This document shows, in pieces, positions 52,185-64,000 of a stretch of 64,000 nucleotides of DNA. Made by a program: the position numbers and the translations under genes. Location of the stretch: contig JAPDFW010000103.1 of the NCBI GenBank assembly GCA_028826165.1, positions 186,001-250,000 on the forward strand, written 5' to 3'. The stretch comes from Anaeramoeba ignava BMAN (lineage: Eukaryota > Protista > Anaeramoebae). The notes under the pieces are model-generated. The model searched no databases, was not told where the DNA came from, and saw nothing but the letters and a program-made list of their open reading frames with translations. How positions within the stretch are numbered: the stretch's first letter is position 1; each line of letters begins with the position of its first letter.

Positions 52185-54570
52185 ATGGAATCTGAATCTT
52201 TATTAAAACAAACTCTTATTGGAAAACATTCAAGAGAAGTTAGATGTTTATGTGCTGATGAACGTTATGTTTATTCAGGAAGTTTTGATAATAAAATTTG
52301 TAAATGGAATCCTGAAGTAAATTCATTTAAAAAATTCATTTAAAAAATTAATTTATAAAATTAAAATTAAAATTAAAATTAAAGACAAATAAACTTTGTT
52401 GGACAATTGAAACAGACAGTTATATTTTTGCTCTTAGAGTTTATGATCATTTTCTTTATGCAGTTGGTTCTTTTTTTCGAGCATATAATAAAAAGGTTTT
52501 TTTTATTTAAAAATTAACAACAAATTTCAATTCAAAATTCCAATTCAAAATTTATTTGATTTTAGAATAGAAAAATTCGTTTTGAATTTGAAAAGAATAA
52601 ATCGTATATTTATGATTTCGATTTTTATCAAAATAAAGTTTATAGAGGTGGAAGTGATAATTGTATAAGAGAATTTGATACAGTTAATAATCCAAAAAAA
52701 AAGAAAAAAGAAAAGAAAAAATTTATTCAATATAAAAAATAATCAAATCTTAAAAATTTATTTAGGAATCAGGAAAAGAATTAAGATCAAAAAATACTAA
52801 ATTTACAATTTGGTCACTTAGAATTTTTCAAGACAAACTTTATACTGGTTGTTCAAATCAAAGAATTGAAGAATATGATATTGAAGTGAATTAAATTTCA
52901 AAAAATTAAATTGATCATTTAAAATCAAAATATTAAAATAATTTTATTTTCTAAATTAGAATTTAGATTTAATTAGACATTTTGATTGTTCTACTGGTAT
53001 TTGGGGATTTAATATTTATAATAATCATCTTTATTTTACAGAATCTGGAAAATTGATAAAATATAGTTTAGAAGTAAATCTTTCAAATAAAATCAAAATT
53101 AAATCAAATTTGAAATCAAAATTAAATTGAAATCAAATTAAATTGAAATCAAAATTAAATTGAAATTAAATCAAATTAAAATTCAAATTAAAATGAAATT
53201 AAATCAAAATTAAATCAAAATTAAATCAAAATTAAATCAAAATTAAATTGAAATTAAAATGAAATTAAATCAAAATTGAAATTGAATTAAATTAAATCAA
53301 AATTAAATCAAAATTAAATCAAAATTAAAATGAAATTAAATTGAAATCAAATTAAATTGAAATTAAATTAAATTGAAATTAAATCAAAATTAAAATGAAA
53401 TTAAATTGAAATTAAAATTTAGGCAAATAAAAGAGTGAAGGAATTTGAATTTAAAAATTATCTGATTTCAAATTTTCAAATTGATGATATTTGGTTTATT
53501 GGTGGAGAATCAGGTGTTATTGCATGGGATCTTTCTGTAAATACCACAATATAAATATACTTTTTTATATAAATATCTTCATTATTTATTTATTTATAAT
53601 TTCACAAACAAAATTTCTTCTTAACTTTCCAAAAATGAATATTATTTTTTTTTTAAAATTATCAACTATTATTTAATAGAAAGATGAACAAAAATATTTA
53701 TTTCCAGGTGCTACTGCTTGGGGAGCTTGTGGAAATAAGAAAAGACTATTTATTGGTTTAACAAATACAGAAATATATACTTGTGATATTTCTGTAAACA
53801 AAAAATTCAAATTAAAATTAAATTCAAAATTAAATTAAATTAAAATCAAAAATTAAAAATCAAAATTCAAAATCAAAATCAAAAAAAACTTTATCGATTG
53901 TTAGCAATTTTTTTATTATACAAGTTTATTGAAAGATTTGAAAAAATTATACAAAAGAAAAGAATCTTGTGATATAACTTTCAAAACATTTGGAGGAGAA
54001 ATTTCTGTTCATAAATTAATAATTTCCTCAAGAATTGGAAAGGATTATGAAAAAGTATTAGAATACTTTCAATCACAAAAAATTGAAGAAGCAAATATCT
54101 TTTTCCGTTGGATTTATACAGGAATTTCTCAAGATGATCAATTAATCAATCAAATTCTTGAAGATTTAAAAATAGGATCTTTTAAAGAATTAAATGGAAT
54201 TGAAAAAGTATCAAAAGCATTGGAAAAACTTTACAAAGAAGAAGAAACAAAAGATTTTACAATTTTAATTGGAAACAAATCAATCAAGGCTCACAAAGTA
54301 ATTTTAATGGCAAGAAGTGATTTATATCGAGGAATGTTTTTAAATGTTGATGATAAATCTAATCAAGTTAATGATTATAGTGGAAAATCATTTAAAACAC
54401 TTCAACTTTTGATTGAGTTTATTTATACAGACAAACTAAATACTAGTTTATTATCAGATCAAGTTATTTCAGAATTAGAGGATGCAGTTGATTATTATCA
54501 ATTAAATACTTCATCTATTCTTCCAACTTTGATTGATGAATTCAAGAAGAATAAGAAGAAGAAAAAATAA
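52185..54570 (+). CDS. 7-blade WD40 + tandem BTB protein; exons 52185-52316, 52385-52495, 52566-52682, 52766-52885, 52960-53073, 53423-53536, 53680-53793, 53905-54570
   Basis: HSREVRCL..YSGSFDNKICKWN, GGSDNCIREFD, GVIAWD; BTB SVHKLII and KAHKVILMARSDLYRGMF; all 7 GT-AG joins are in frame. Confidence 0.9.
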
Positions 54571-54720
54571 TAAATTAAATAATAAATTAAATAATTAAAA
54601 TAAATAATTAAATAAATTAAATAATTAAAAATAAAATAAAAAAATAAATATTCAAATTAAATATTCTTCTTTTTTGGATCAAAATAAATAAAAATCGAAT
54701 TCTAATTCTATTTCTAAAAT

Positions 54721-55503
54721 TTAATTAGTTTTATTAAAAGTTTCTTCAAAAAAATAAGTATCAGAAGGAATCATTCCCATTTTTTTATAAGCTTGTTGAG
54801 CTCTATAATTTTTCTTTTCAACATAAAGTTTTAAACCTAATGCTCCATTTTTTATTGCTAATTCCTTTAAAAAATTATGCATTCTAGAATATACTCCTTT
54901 TCTTCTAAATTGTGTTTTAACATATACACTTTGAATCCACCAAATTAATCCATTTTTTATTTCATCCCATTCATAAGTATTCATAAAACATGCAACAATT
55001 TCTTGAGTTTCTTCATCTTTTAATTTTAATTTTAATTTTAATTTTGATTTTAATTTTAATTTTAATTTTAATTTTAATTTTAATTTTAATTTTAATTTTA
55101 ATTTGAATTTTAATTTTGATTTTAATTTTAATTTTAATTTTAATTTTGATTTTAATTTTGATTTTAATTTTAATTTTAATTTTAATTTTAATTTTAATTT
55201 TAATTTTTAATTTTGAATTTAATAAATATTTTAATTTTGATTTTAATTTTAATTTTAATTTTAATTTTAATTTTAATTTTGATTTTGATTTTGATTTTAA
55301 TTTTAAAAGGAGAATATACGTTCAACAACAAAATATTGACCAAGTTCTGGATTATCAAGCATTTGTTGAACACCATTTTGAATTTTTTCTTTAGGAAGAT
55401 CAATATTTTCAGTTTCTTTAGCAATACTAATATTTAAATCAGCAATTTGAATAACATCATTTTGAGATAATTTTCTAATAATAATAGGAAGTTTATTTTG
55501 CAT
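54721..55503 (-). CDS. GNAT-family N-acetyltransferase; intron 55017-55319
   Basis: IAKETEN, TYEWDEIKNGLIWWIQSVYV..FRRKGVY, LYVEKKNYRAQQAYKKMGM. Confidence 0.9.
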
Positions 55504-55695
55504 TTAAATTAAATTAAAATAAAAGAAAAATGAAAAATAAAAAAAAAAATTAAAAGGAGAAAAAAAAATAAATTAAAAAAGGAGAATAATTTTATTTTAA
55601 TTTTTTTTTTTGCTTTTTTTATTTTTCTTCTTCTTTTTTTCCAATTAAATTCGTTTTTTTTTTAATAATAAGAAATTTCCAAAAGAGAAAAAACG

Positions 55696-57012
55696 ATGAG
55701 TGAACAAATTTCAACACAAACAGATGAATGGGATAGTATTCACACAGACCAAGAGAAGCAAAAAACAGAAACGGAAATTGAGATGAAAGAAATAACTTCA
55801 ACTGACAGTCAACCTTTGCTTGTAAAAAGACAAGAAATTCGTCCAACTCCAAGAAACAGAGTCAGAGTTGCTAAAGAAATTGCTAATGCTCAAACAAAAG
55901 ATAACTTTTTGGGTCCTACTCAATTGGGTTATATGGGTTTGTCTTTTGGATCTTTTGTTGTTGCTGTTCTTAATTTGGGTCTTTGGTCTGAAAATAGTCT
56001 GTTTCTTTTTATTCTTTTTATTTTTTGGAATTGATCGAAATTTGATGAAACAATTTATAATTACAATTACAATTACAATTACAATTACATTTAAAATTAC
56101 AATTAAAATTACAATTATAATTACAATTACAATTACAATTACATTTATAATTAAAAATAAAATTAAAATTAAAATTACAATTACAATTACAATTACAATT
56201 ACAATTACAATTACAATTACAATTACAATTACAATTACAATTACAATTACAATTAAAATTACAATTACAATTACAATTACAATTACAATTACAATTACAA
56301 TTACAATTACAATTACAAATAAAATTATAATTACAATTACAATTACAATTTAAAATTAAATTTAAAATTATAATTAAATTTAAAAGTTCAATCTCTTTAT
56401 TGGTTTGTTCTCATTCCTGCAATTCTTGTATTACTCGCAGCAATTCTTAGTTATTTGCTTCATAATAATCTTGAAGCAAGCATTTTCTTTGTAAAATTAA
56501 AAATTAAAATTAAAAAATTAAAATTAATATTAAAAATAAAATTAAAATTAAAAAATTAAAAAATTAATATTAAAATTAAAATTAAAATTAAAATTAAAAT
56601 TAATATTAAAAAATAGGTTCTTTCAGTGTTCCTTTTTGCAGTTTCATCAACATGGGTAGTTGATTTATGGGATAATTTGAATCCACTTCCACCAGGAAAA
56701 ATGAGATTATTAGCTTCATTTTTTGTGACACTTTTTATCTTTCTTGTTTTCTTTACATTTTTCACACTTCAAATGGCTCAAATGATTTTTTGGTTGTTTT
56801 TCTCATTAAGTTTAGCAATGTTCTTCTTGATTTTCAGAATTATTTACTCTGCAAATAATATTCTTGTTGGCGTTCCTTTAATAATGACTACTTGTTTAAG
56901 TGTTTATCTTTCAGTCTCTTTAACTCTTAATAATTTAGTTGGAAAACAAGTGTTGCCTTTAGGAAATCCACTTTATAATTGGTCTAATTTTAATTTACAT
57001 TTAACTAATTAA
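55696..57012 (+). CDS. GPR1/FUN34/YaaH (AceTr/SatP)-like 6-TM transporter; exons 55696-55996, 56387-56490, 56617-57012
   Basis: LGPTQLGYMGLSFGSFV resembles the NPAPLGL motif; multiple TM helices; C-terminal NNLVGKQVLPLG. Confidence 0.75.
56060..56350. repeat. Intronic (ATTACA)n microsatellite
   Basis: Visible hexamer array. Confidence 0.95.
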
Positions 57013-57155
57013 CTTTCGGTTTTTTTTTTTTGCTTTTTTTTCTTTTCAAAATAAATTCTTTTTGATCCAATCCACTTTTTTCTTAATCTTAATTTTTTAA
57101 TTTTCAATTTTTTAATTTTCATTTTTTAATTTTCATTTTTTTCCTTTTAAATAAA

Positions 57156-57908
57156 ATGGGTCGTCTTTTTAAAACTCGTTTTCCTGTTGTAAAATATTAA
57201 TAGAAAATGCAAAATAAAAATTAAATTTAAAAAATTATTTTTTTAATTTTATAAAATTTTTATTAAAAATAGACAAAGATAAAAAAGATAATTCAAACAG
57301 ATCAAGACGCAGGAAGAATAGCAACAGCAGCAGCAGCTCTTGTTTGTAAATTAAATTAAATTAAAATTAAATTAAAATTAAAATTAAAATAAAATTAAAA
57401 TAAAATTAAAAATAAATTAAATTAAAAATAAATTCTTTTTTTTAAAGCAAAAAGTGTTGAATTGTTTATTAAAGATTTATTAACTTCTTCTCTTTCTCAA
57501 TCTTCTGGAAAACAAATTCTTAAACCAGAAAATGTTTTAAATGCAGTTTTTCAACAAGAAAGATTTGATTTTCTAAAAGAAGATGTTACAAATTTTGTTA
57601 AAAAATATCAAAATGAAAATGAAAATGAAAATGAAAATGAAGATGAAAATGAAAATGAAAATGAAAATGAAAATGAAAATGAAAATGAAAATGAAAATGA
57701 AAATGAAAATGAAAATGAATTAAATGAAGATGAAAATGGAAATGAAAATGAAAATGAAAATGAAAATGAAAATGAAAATGAAAATGAAAATGAAAAAGAA
57801 AAAGAAAAACCAAAGAAAAAGAAAAATTCAAAAAAAAGAAAGAAAAATATTTCTCCTCAAAAATCAAAAAGAATTCAAAATGAAGAAAACAAAAAGAAAA
57901 AATTTTGA
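57156..57908 (+). CDS. DRAP1: NC2 alpha (DRAP1/Bur6) histone-fold protein; exons 57156-57188, 57273-57345, 57448-57908
   Basis: Spliced KTRFPV|TKIKKIIQTDQDAGRIA..V|SKSVELFIKDL..ERFDFLKE. Confidence 0.88.
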
Positions 57909-58086
57909 AATGATTAAAAAAAAAAAAAAAAAATGCTTTTTGCTTTTGAAAATTAAATAAAATTTTTTGCTTTCTGAATTTAAATTAAATTTTTTTTTTT
58001 GCTAATTCAAAAAAAAATTCCCAAAAGAAAAAAATTTTTTTTTGTTTTTGATTGTTTTTTGATTTTGTTTTTTTTGAAATTTAAAT

Positions 58087-60916
58087 TTAATCTTGTTTCT
58101 CAGCAAAAAAAACAGCCGAACCAGTAATTCCAACTTCAGATAAAGTTTTTGAACGATTTTTTTTGTCATTACTATCAAATCTTAATTTTGGGTCTCTGCA
58201 AGTCAAAGAAAAATTTTCAAAACTAGGATCAATTAACTGAACAAATAAAAAAACTTGGTTCAAACGATCACTCAATAAAAATCTTCTTGTTTCTTTTTTA
58301 TTTTCAATTTGAACCCTAATGTTCACAACATTTGGAGTATCTTTTGATGGTTCTTTTGAGAGTTTTTCTTTTAGATTTTTTTTTTTTGCTATTAATGCAG
58401 ATTCTTTTTTTGCTTTTTCAAGTTCTTTTTTTTCTTTTTTTTTTTGTTCTTTTTTTTCTTGTTCATCTCTTTCTTGATCTTTTTGGAGGGAATCTCGATA
58501 TTCAATATCTTGTTCAAATCTAAGCAATGAATCTGGATCGTTTTCATTTGGAATAATAATTTCAAATGCTTTCTTCTAATGATTTGTGAATATCTTTCTC
58601 TTCCTCTTTTTGTTTTTCTTGTAATTTTTTTTTTTCTCTCTTCTTTTGTTTTTCTGGTAATAAATTTATAACAAGTGTTTTGAAATTGTTTTGAATTGTT
58701 AAATTGGGATTTTTATCCGATTTTTTAAATTTTAATTTTAATTTTTATCCGATTTTTAATTTTAATTTTAATTTTAATTTCAATTTAATAAATGAATTTT
58801 AATTTTAATTTTAAATTTAATAAATGAATTTTAATTTTAATTTTAATTTTAATTATAATTTTAATTTTAATTTTAATTTTAATTTTAATTTTAATTTTAA
58901 TTTTAATTTTAATTTTAATATTAATTTTAATTTTAATTTTAATTTTAATTTTAATTTTAATTTTAATTTTAATTTTAATTTTAATATTAATTTTAATTTT
59001 AATTTTAATATTAATTTTAATTTTAATTTTAATATTAATTTTAAATATTAATTTTAATTTTGATTTTAATTTTAATTTTAATTTTGATTAATTTTAATAA
59101 TTTTAATTTTAATATTAATTTCAACTTGAAAAAAGTAAATCAAATAAAAGTTAAAAGCACCTTGAAGAATTTGAACATTTGGTAAATTTGGAGAAAAATC
59201 AACAAAAATAATATAGGGATACATATCAACTTGAATTAGTTTCTCAAGAGAAGCTTTATAATTAGTTGAGTTAGTATTTGAACTCCAAAAAACAAAATGT
59301 TCTGAAATATTTCGAGCAAATTTTTTTTCTCTTCCAAATCTTCTCAAAAATGTAGCTGAACTTTCTTTTTCATCATGAAGTAAAATAAGTAATGGTTTGT
59401 TTTCTGTATGTGATTTTTCAATTATTTCTTCATATGTTGAATTTTGATATTTGTTTAATAAATTCCATAATTTTTTAGGAAATTCATTTTCTTTATCTGG
59501 TTTGAGTTCATACTTTAATAATTAATTTTAATTTTGATATTATATTAATTTTAATTTTAATTTTAATTATAAATTTAAATATAAATTTAATTATAATTTT
59601 AATTTTAAATTAAATTATAATTTTGATTTTAATTTTAATTTAATTCTTGATTAAAAAATACATTAATTAAATAATCCAAAACTTTTGATCCAATTAAACT
59701 TTCATTAGTTGAAGATTTTGGTGAACCATTTTCCTTTTCATGTGTTTCATTTTCTCTATTTGGATTTGGATATTCATCCAAAACAACTTCATCACTGGAA
59801 GTAATAAAAATTGATTGTTGATTTGGAATATTTAAATCATCTAATCTTGCCTAATAAATTTAATTATAAATTTAATTATAAATATAATTATAAATTTAAT
59901 TATAAATTTAATTATAAATATAATTATAAATTTAATTATAAATTTAATTATAAATTTAATTATAAATATTGATTATAAATTTTATTATAAATATAATTAT
60001 AAATTTTGTTAAATAATTTTTTTATAAATTTAATTATAAATTTAATTATAAATTTAATTATAAATTTTGTTTGTAAATATAATTATAAATATAATTATAA
60101 ATTTAATTATAGAAATATAATTATAAATTTAATTATAAATTTAATTATAAATTTAATTATAAATTTAATTATAAATATAATTATAAATACTAATTATAAA
60201 TTTAATTATAAATATAATTATAAATTTAATTATAAATTTAATTATAAATATAATTATAAATTTTTTAATTATAAATATATAAATATAATTATAAAATAAT
60301 TTAATTTAATTATAAATTTAATTATAAATATTGTTTTGAATTTTTGTTATAAATTTAATTATAAATATAATTATAAATTTAATTATAAATTTAATTATAA
60401 ATATAATTATAAAAATATAATTATAAATATAATTATAAATATAATTATGAATTTAATTATAAATATAATTATAAAAATATAATTATAAAAATTTTTGTTT
60501 TGAATTTTAATTATAAATTTAATTATAAATTTTGTTTTTGAATTTTGTTTTTAAATTTAATTATAAATTTAATTATAAATTTAATTATAAATTTAATTAT
60601 AAATTAATTATAAATTTAATTATAAATTTTGTTAATAAATTTAATTATAAATTTAATTATAAATTTAATTATAAATTTTGTTTTGAATTTAATTATAAAT
60701 TTAATTATAAATTTTGTTAATAAATTTTGTTAAATAATTTTTTACTCCTGGATCATAACTTGCAAATTCTAAAATATATTGTTTTTCTGCTGGAATTCTA
60801 ATATAATTTTCAAGAAATTTTTTAAGACCAGCAATTGTTGTATATCTTGGAGCTCTAACTTTTAATGGTTCTCTTCTTGTATCAGAATTAACAATAATAT
60901 CAATTGTTTCTGACAT
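58087..60916 (-). CDS. Ubiquitin-like + UAS/thioredoxin-like + coiled-coil + UBX protein (FAF1-like p97 adaptor); exons 60916-60746, 59850-59662, 59512-59161, ~58720-58087 (5' end of last exon corrupted)
   Basis: TIAGLKKFLENYIRIPAEKQ (UBL); KPLLILLHD..ISEHFVFW..YPYI (UAS); LRFEQDIEYRDSLQKDQ; EP..NIRVQ..RRFLLSD..KTLSEVGI (UBX). Confidence 0.8.
59855..60720. repeat. Intronic 12-bp repeat (AATTATAAATTT/AATTATAAATAT)n
   Basis: Visible array; the same unit also fills CDK intron 1 (45840-46040). Confidence 0.9.
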
Positions 60917-61119
60917 TTTTTTTTTATTTTAAAAAATTTTTTATTTTTTTATTTAAAAATTAAAAGAAAAATCGGAAAAAAAAGAAATGAAAAGAAATGA
61001 AAAGGAAAAAAATGAAAAATGAAAAATGAAAAATAATAATTTTCTCCTTTTGTTTGTTTTTGTTTTTTTTTGAATTAATTTTTCCTAATTATCTTAATTC
61101 AAAAAAAAAAAATCCAAAT

Positions 61120-63683
61120 TTATTTTTTTTTTGATTTCATTTCCAAAAGTAATTTTGGTAAAAGAGAAAATTGAGAAAGTTGATAAAAATCATGAGCGTC
61201 TTGCAATTCTTGATAAACAGATTTATCCAAATTAGAATCCAAATGGTCTGAATATAAAAATTTAATTAAAGTTTCAATTGATTTTCCACTTTTTTGACTG
61301 TAATCATGAACTTGATTAGAATCATCTTTGACATACAAAAACATGCCTCTAAATAAGTCACTTCTTGCCATTAAAATGATTTTATGAGCCTTAATATTAT
61401 AATCTTTAGTTATAATTGTAAAATCTTTTGAATTTTCATCAAGATATAATTTTGAATAATCTTGAATTATTGAATTTTTTCCAAATAAATTTGTAAAGTT
61501 TTTAATTCCAATTTTATCTGCAATTTCTTTGTTTTTTGTAAATATATCTTGATTTCTTCCTCCATAAATTATCTTTAGAAAATATATCACTTCTTGTGAA
61601 TTATATTGTTCAAAAATTTTTAAAGATTGATCAATTAATTGTTTTCCTATTCTTGTTTCAAATATAATTTTATGTCCAAATATTGTTTTATCTTTCGTGA
61701 TAATTTTTAAATCTCCTGATTCTTGTCTTTCTAATAATTGGATCATTTCATCTCCAAATGATGAAAAGTTTTTGAATTCCTCTTTCAATTTTAGATCAAA
61801 AATAAAATCTAAAGGTGTTTTATTCTAAATAATTTTATAAATAATTTTATAAATAATTTTATATTTAATTTTATAAATAATTTTATAATTAATTTTATAT
61901 TTAATTTTATAAATAATTTTATAAATAATTTTATAAATAATTTTATAAATAATTTTATAAATAATTTTATAAATAAATTTATAAATAATTTTATATTTAA
62001 TTTTATAAATAATTTTATAAATAATTTTATAAATAATTTTATAAATAATTTAATAAATAATTTTATAAATAATTTTATAAATAATTTTATAAATAATTTT
62101 ATAAATAATTTTATAAATAATTTTATAAATAATTTTATAAATAATTTTTAATATTTAATTTTATAATTAATTTTATAAATAATTTTATAAATAATTTTAT
62201 AAATAATTTTATATTTAATTTTATAAATAATTTTATAAATAATTTTATAAATAATTTTATATTTAATTTTATATTTAATTTTATAATTAATTTTATAATT
62301 AAGTTAATAAATAATTTTTATATATAATTTTATAATTAATTTTATATTTAATTTTTATATTTAATTTTTATATATAATTTTATAAATAATTTTATATATA
62401 ATTTTATAAATATAATTTTATAAATAATTTTATAAATAATTTTTTATAAATAATTTTATAAATAATTTTATAATTAAGTTTAATAAATAATTTTATAAAT
62501 AATTTTATATTTAATTTTATAAATAATTTTATAAATAATTTTTATAATTAAATTAATTTTATAAATAATTTTATAATTAATTTTATAAATAATTTTATAA
62601 ATAATTTTATAAATAAATTTATAAATAATTTTATAAATAAATTTATAAATAAATTTATATTTAATTTTATAAATAAATTTATAAATAATTTTATAAATAA
62701 TTTTATAATTAATTTTATAATTAATTTTATAATTAATTTTAATAAAAATTTACATACTAAATTATTTGTAAATGATTTATTAATTGTTTGTAAATCATTT
62801 CTTTGATATTTACTTTCTAATTATAATCATTTTATTTCAAAAAAATTAATCAAATTTTTATTCATTTATTAAAAAAAATCAATCAAACATTTTTAATCTC
62901 TATATCAGCACCAAAAGAAAGGAAATCATAAATAATATGTTCTGAACATTTCCAAAAACAAGCAAAATGAAAAGGTGTATTTCCCTAAATAAAAATTTAA
63001 AAAAGAAAATCAAACTAAAAAAAAATCATAAAAACAAATTATTTTTAAAATTTTTTATTTATTTATCAGAAAAAAACTTACTTAAATTTAATTTTCAATT
63101 TGAATTTTGCTTAAAAATTATTCAGTTATAAAATTACAGCCTAAATTAAATTCAAATTAAATTCAAATTAAGTTCAAATTAAGTTCAAATTAAATTCAAA
63201 TTAAAAGTTAAATTTTTTTACAGACTTTTTTGTTAATAAATAAAAAAATTTTCAATTATAAATTCAATTTTATTATAATATTATTTTACATTTTGAATAT
63301 TTGGATTCGCTTCATTTTTTAATAATAATAAAATTATTTCATGATTTTTTCCTTTGCTTGCAAAATGTAATAAAGTATTTCCATCCTAAAATAAAAATTA
63401 AAAATCAAATAAAAAATTTATGAATTAAAACAATTTTAAATTATAAAAGAAATTTACTTTCTAAATTATTTTTTATTTTGAATTAATATTTATTTTAAAT
63501 TATAAAAGAAATTTACTTTCTAAATTATTTTAAATTAATTTATTTTGAATTATTTTTATTTTGAATTGAATTATTTTTTATTTTAAATTATTTTACATTC
63601 GGTTTATTAATTCCAGAAGAAGAAACTAATTTTCTAACTTTTTCAATATCATGAGTTTCAATTGCTTTTTGAATTTCGGACAT
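61120..63683 (-). CDS. Ankyrin + tandem BTB protein; major exons 63683-63597, 63385-63290, 62984-62889, 61824-61120, plus 3-nt microexons
   Basis: DGNTLLHFASKG..EANPNIQN, GNTPFHFAC..GADIEIKN, NKTPLDF; BTB FGHKIIF and KAHKIILMARSDLFRGMF. Confidence 0.9.
61830..62745. repeat. Intronic 12-bp repeat (ATAAATAATTTT)n
   Basis: Visible array inside intron 61825-62753. Confidence 0.9.
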
Positions 63684-63790
63684 TTTAAAAATTATTAAAA
63701 GAAAAAAAATGAAAAAAAAAATTTTAAATTTAAATTTTTTCATTTTCATTTTTTTTTAATTTTTATTTAAATTTTTAATCAAAAAAAAAA

Positions 63791-64000
63791 ATGTCAAATG
63801 AAAATTCAAATGAAAATACAAATGATAAAAATATTATAATGGATAATGAAACAGAAATTCCAAAACAATTTATAATTCCAAACAAAATACATGACGATTT
63901 TTTAGATGCTTTTCTTGAAGAAGATGATGAAATTGAAGAAGAAAATTATGAAAAACCACCTCTTTTAAAATATGAAAGAATAGGATCTTTTAATATACAA
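63791..64000 (+). CDS. VPS41: 5' end of probable Vps41 (HOPS subunit), truncated by window edge
   Basis: Acidic N-terminus followed by EKPPLLKYERIG, resembling the Vps41 EP.LKYER motif. Confidence 0.6.
   Translation, partial: MSNENSNENTNDKNIIMDNETEIPKQFIIPNKIHDDFLDAFLEEDDEIEEENYEKPPLLKYERIGSFNIQ

Overview
Very AT-rich, intron-containing eukaryotic DNA (GT-AG introns, TAA/TGA stops, QN/EN homorepeats). The gene content and style suggest an anaerobic metamonad such as Anaeramoeba; this is my inference, not a database result. About 20 genes are present. Many are ubiquitin-system genes: six repeat-domain + tandem-BTB adaptors (3 RCC1-BTB in tandem, 2 ankyrin-BTB, 1 WD40-BTB), a ~13.5 kb RNF213/mysterin-like AAA+ gene, and F-box, UIM and UBX proteins. 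The rest are housekeeping genes: SPF30, prenyltransferase alpha, coiled-coil-fimbrin, CHID1, RhoGEF, PSTAIRE CDK, glycine cleavage T, GNAT, AceTr, NC2alpha and Vps41. Main finding: both ankyrin-BTB genes contain arrays of single-codon (3-nt) microexons, AG|NNN|GT, spaced about 56-106 nt apart. They supply exactly the residues missing from the variable ankyrin beta-hairpin tip (D/N-x-x-G-x-T-P). In one gene there are more microexons than slots, including a TAA one, which suggests a splicing-based codon-cassette diversification or switch system. The WD40-BTB gene has a matching one-blade-per-exon, all-phase-0 structure. Several homopolymer frameshifts are probably assembly errors.
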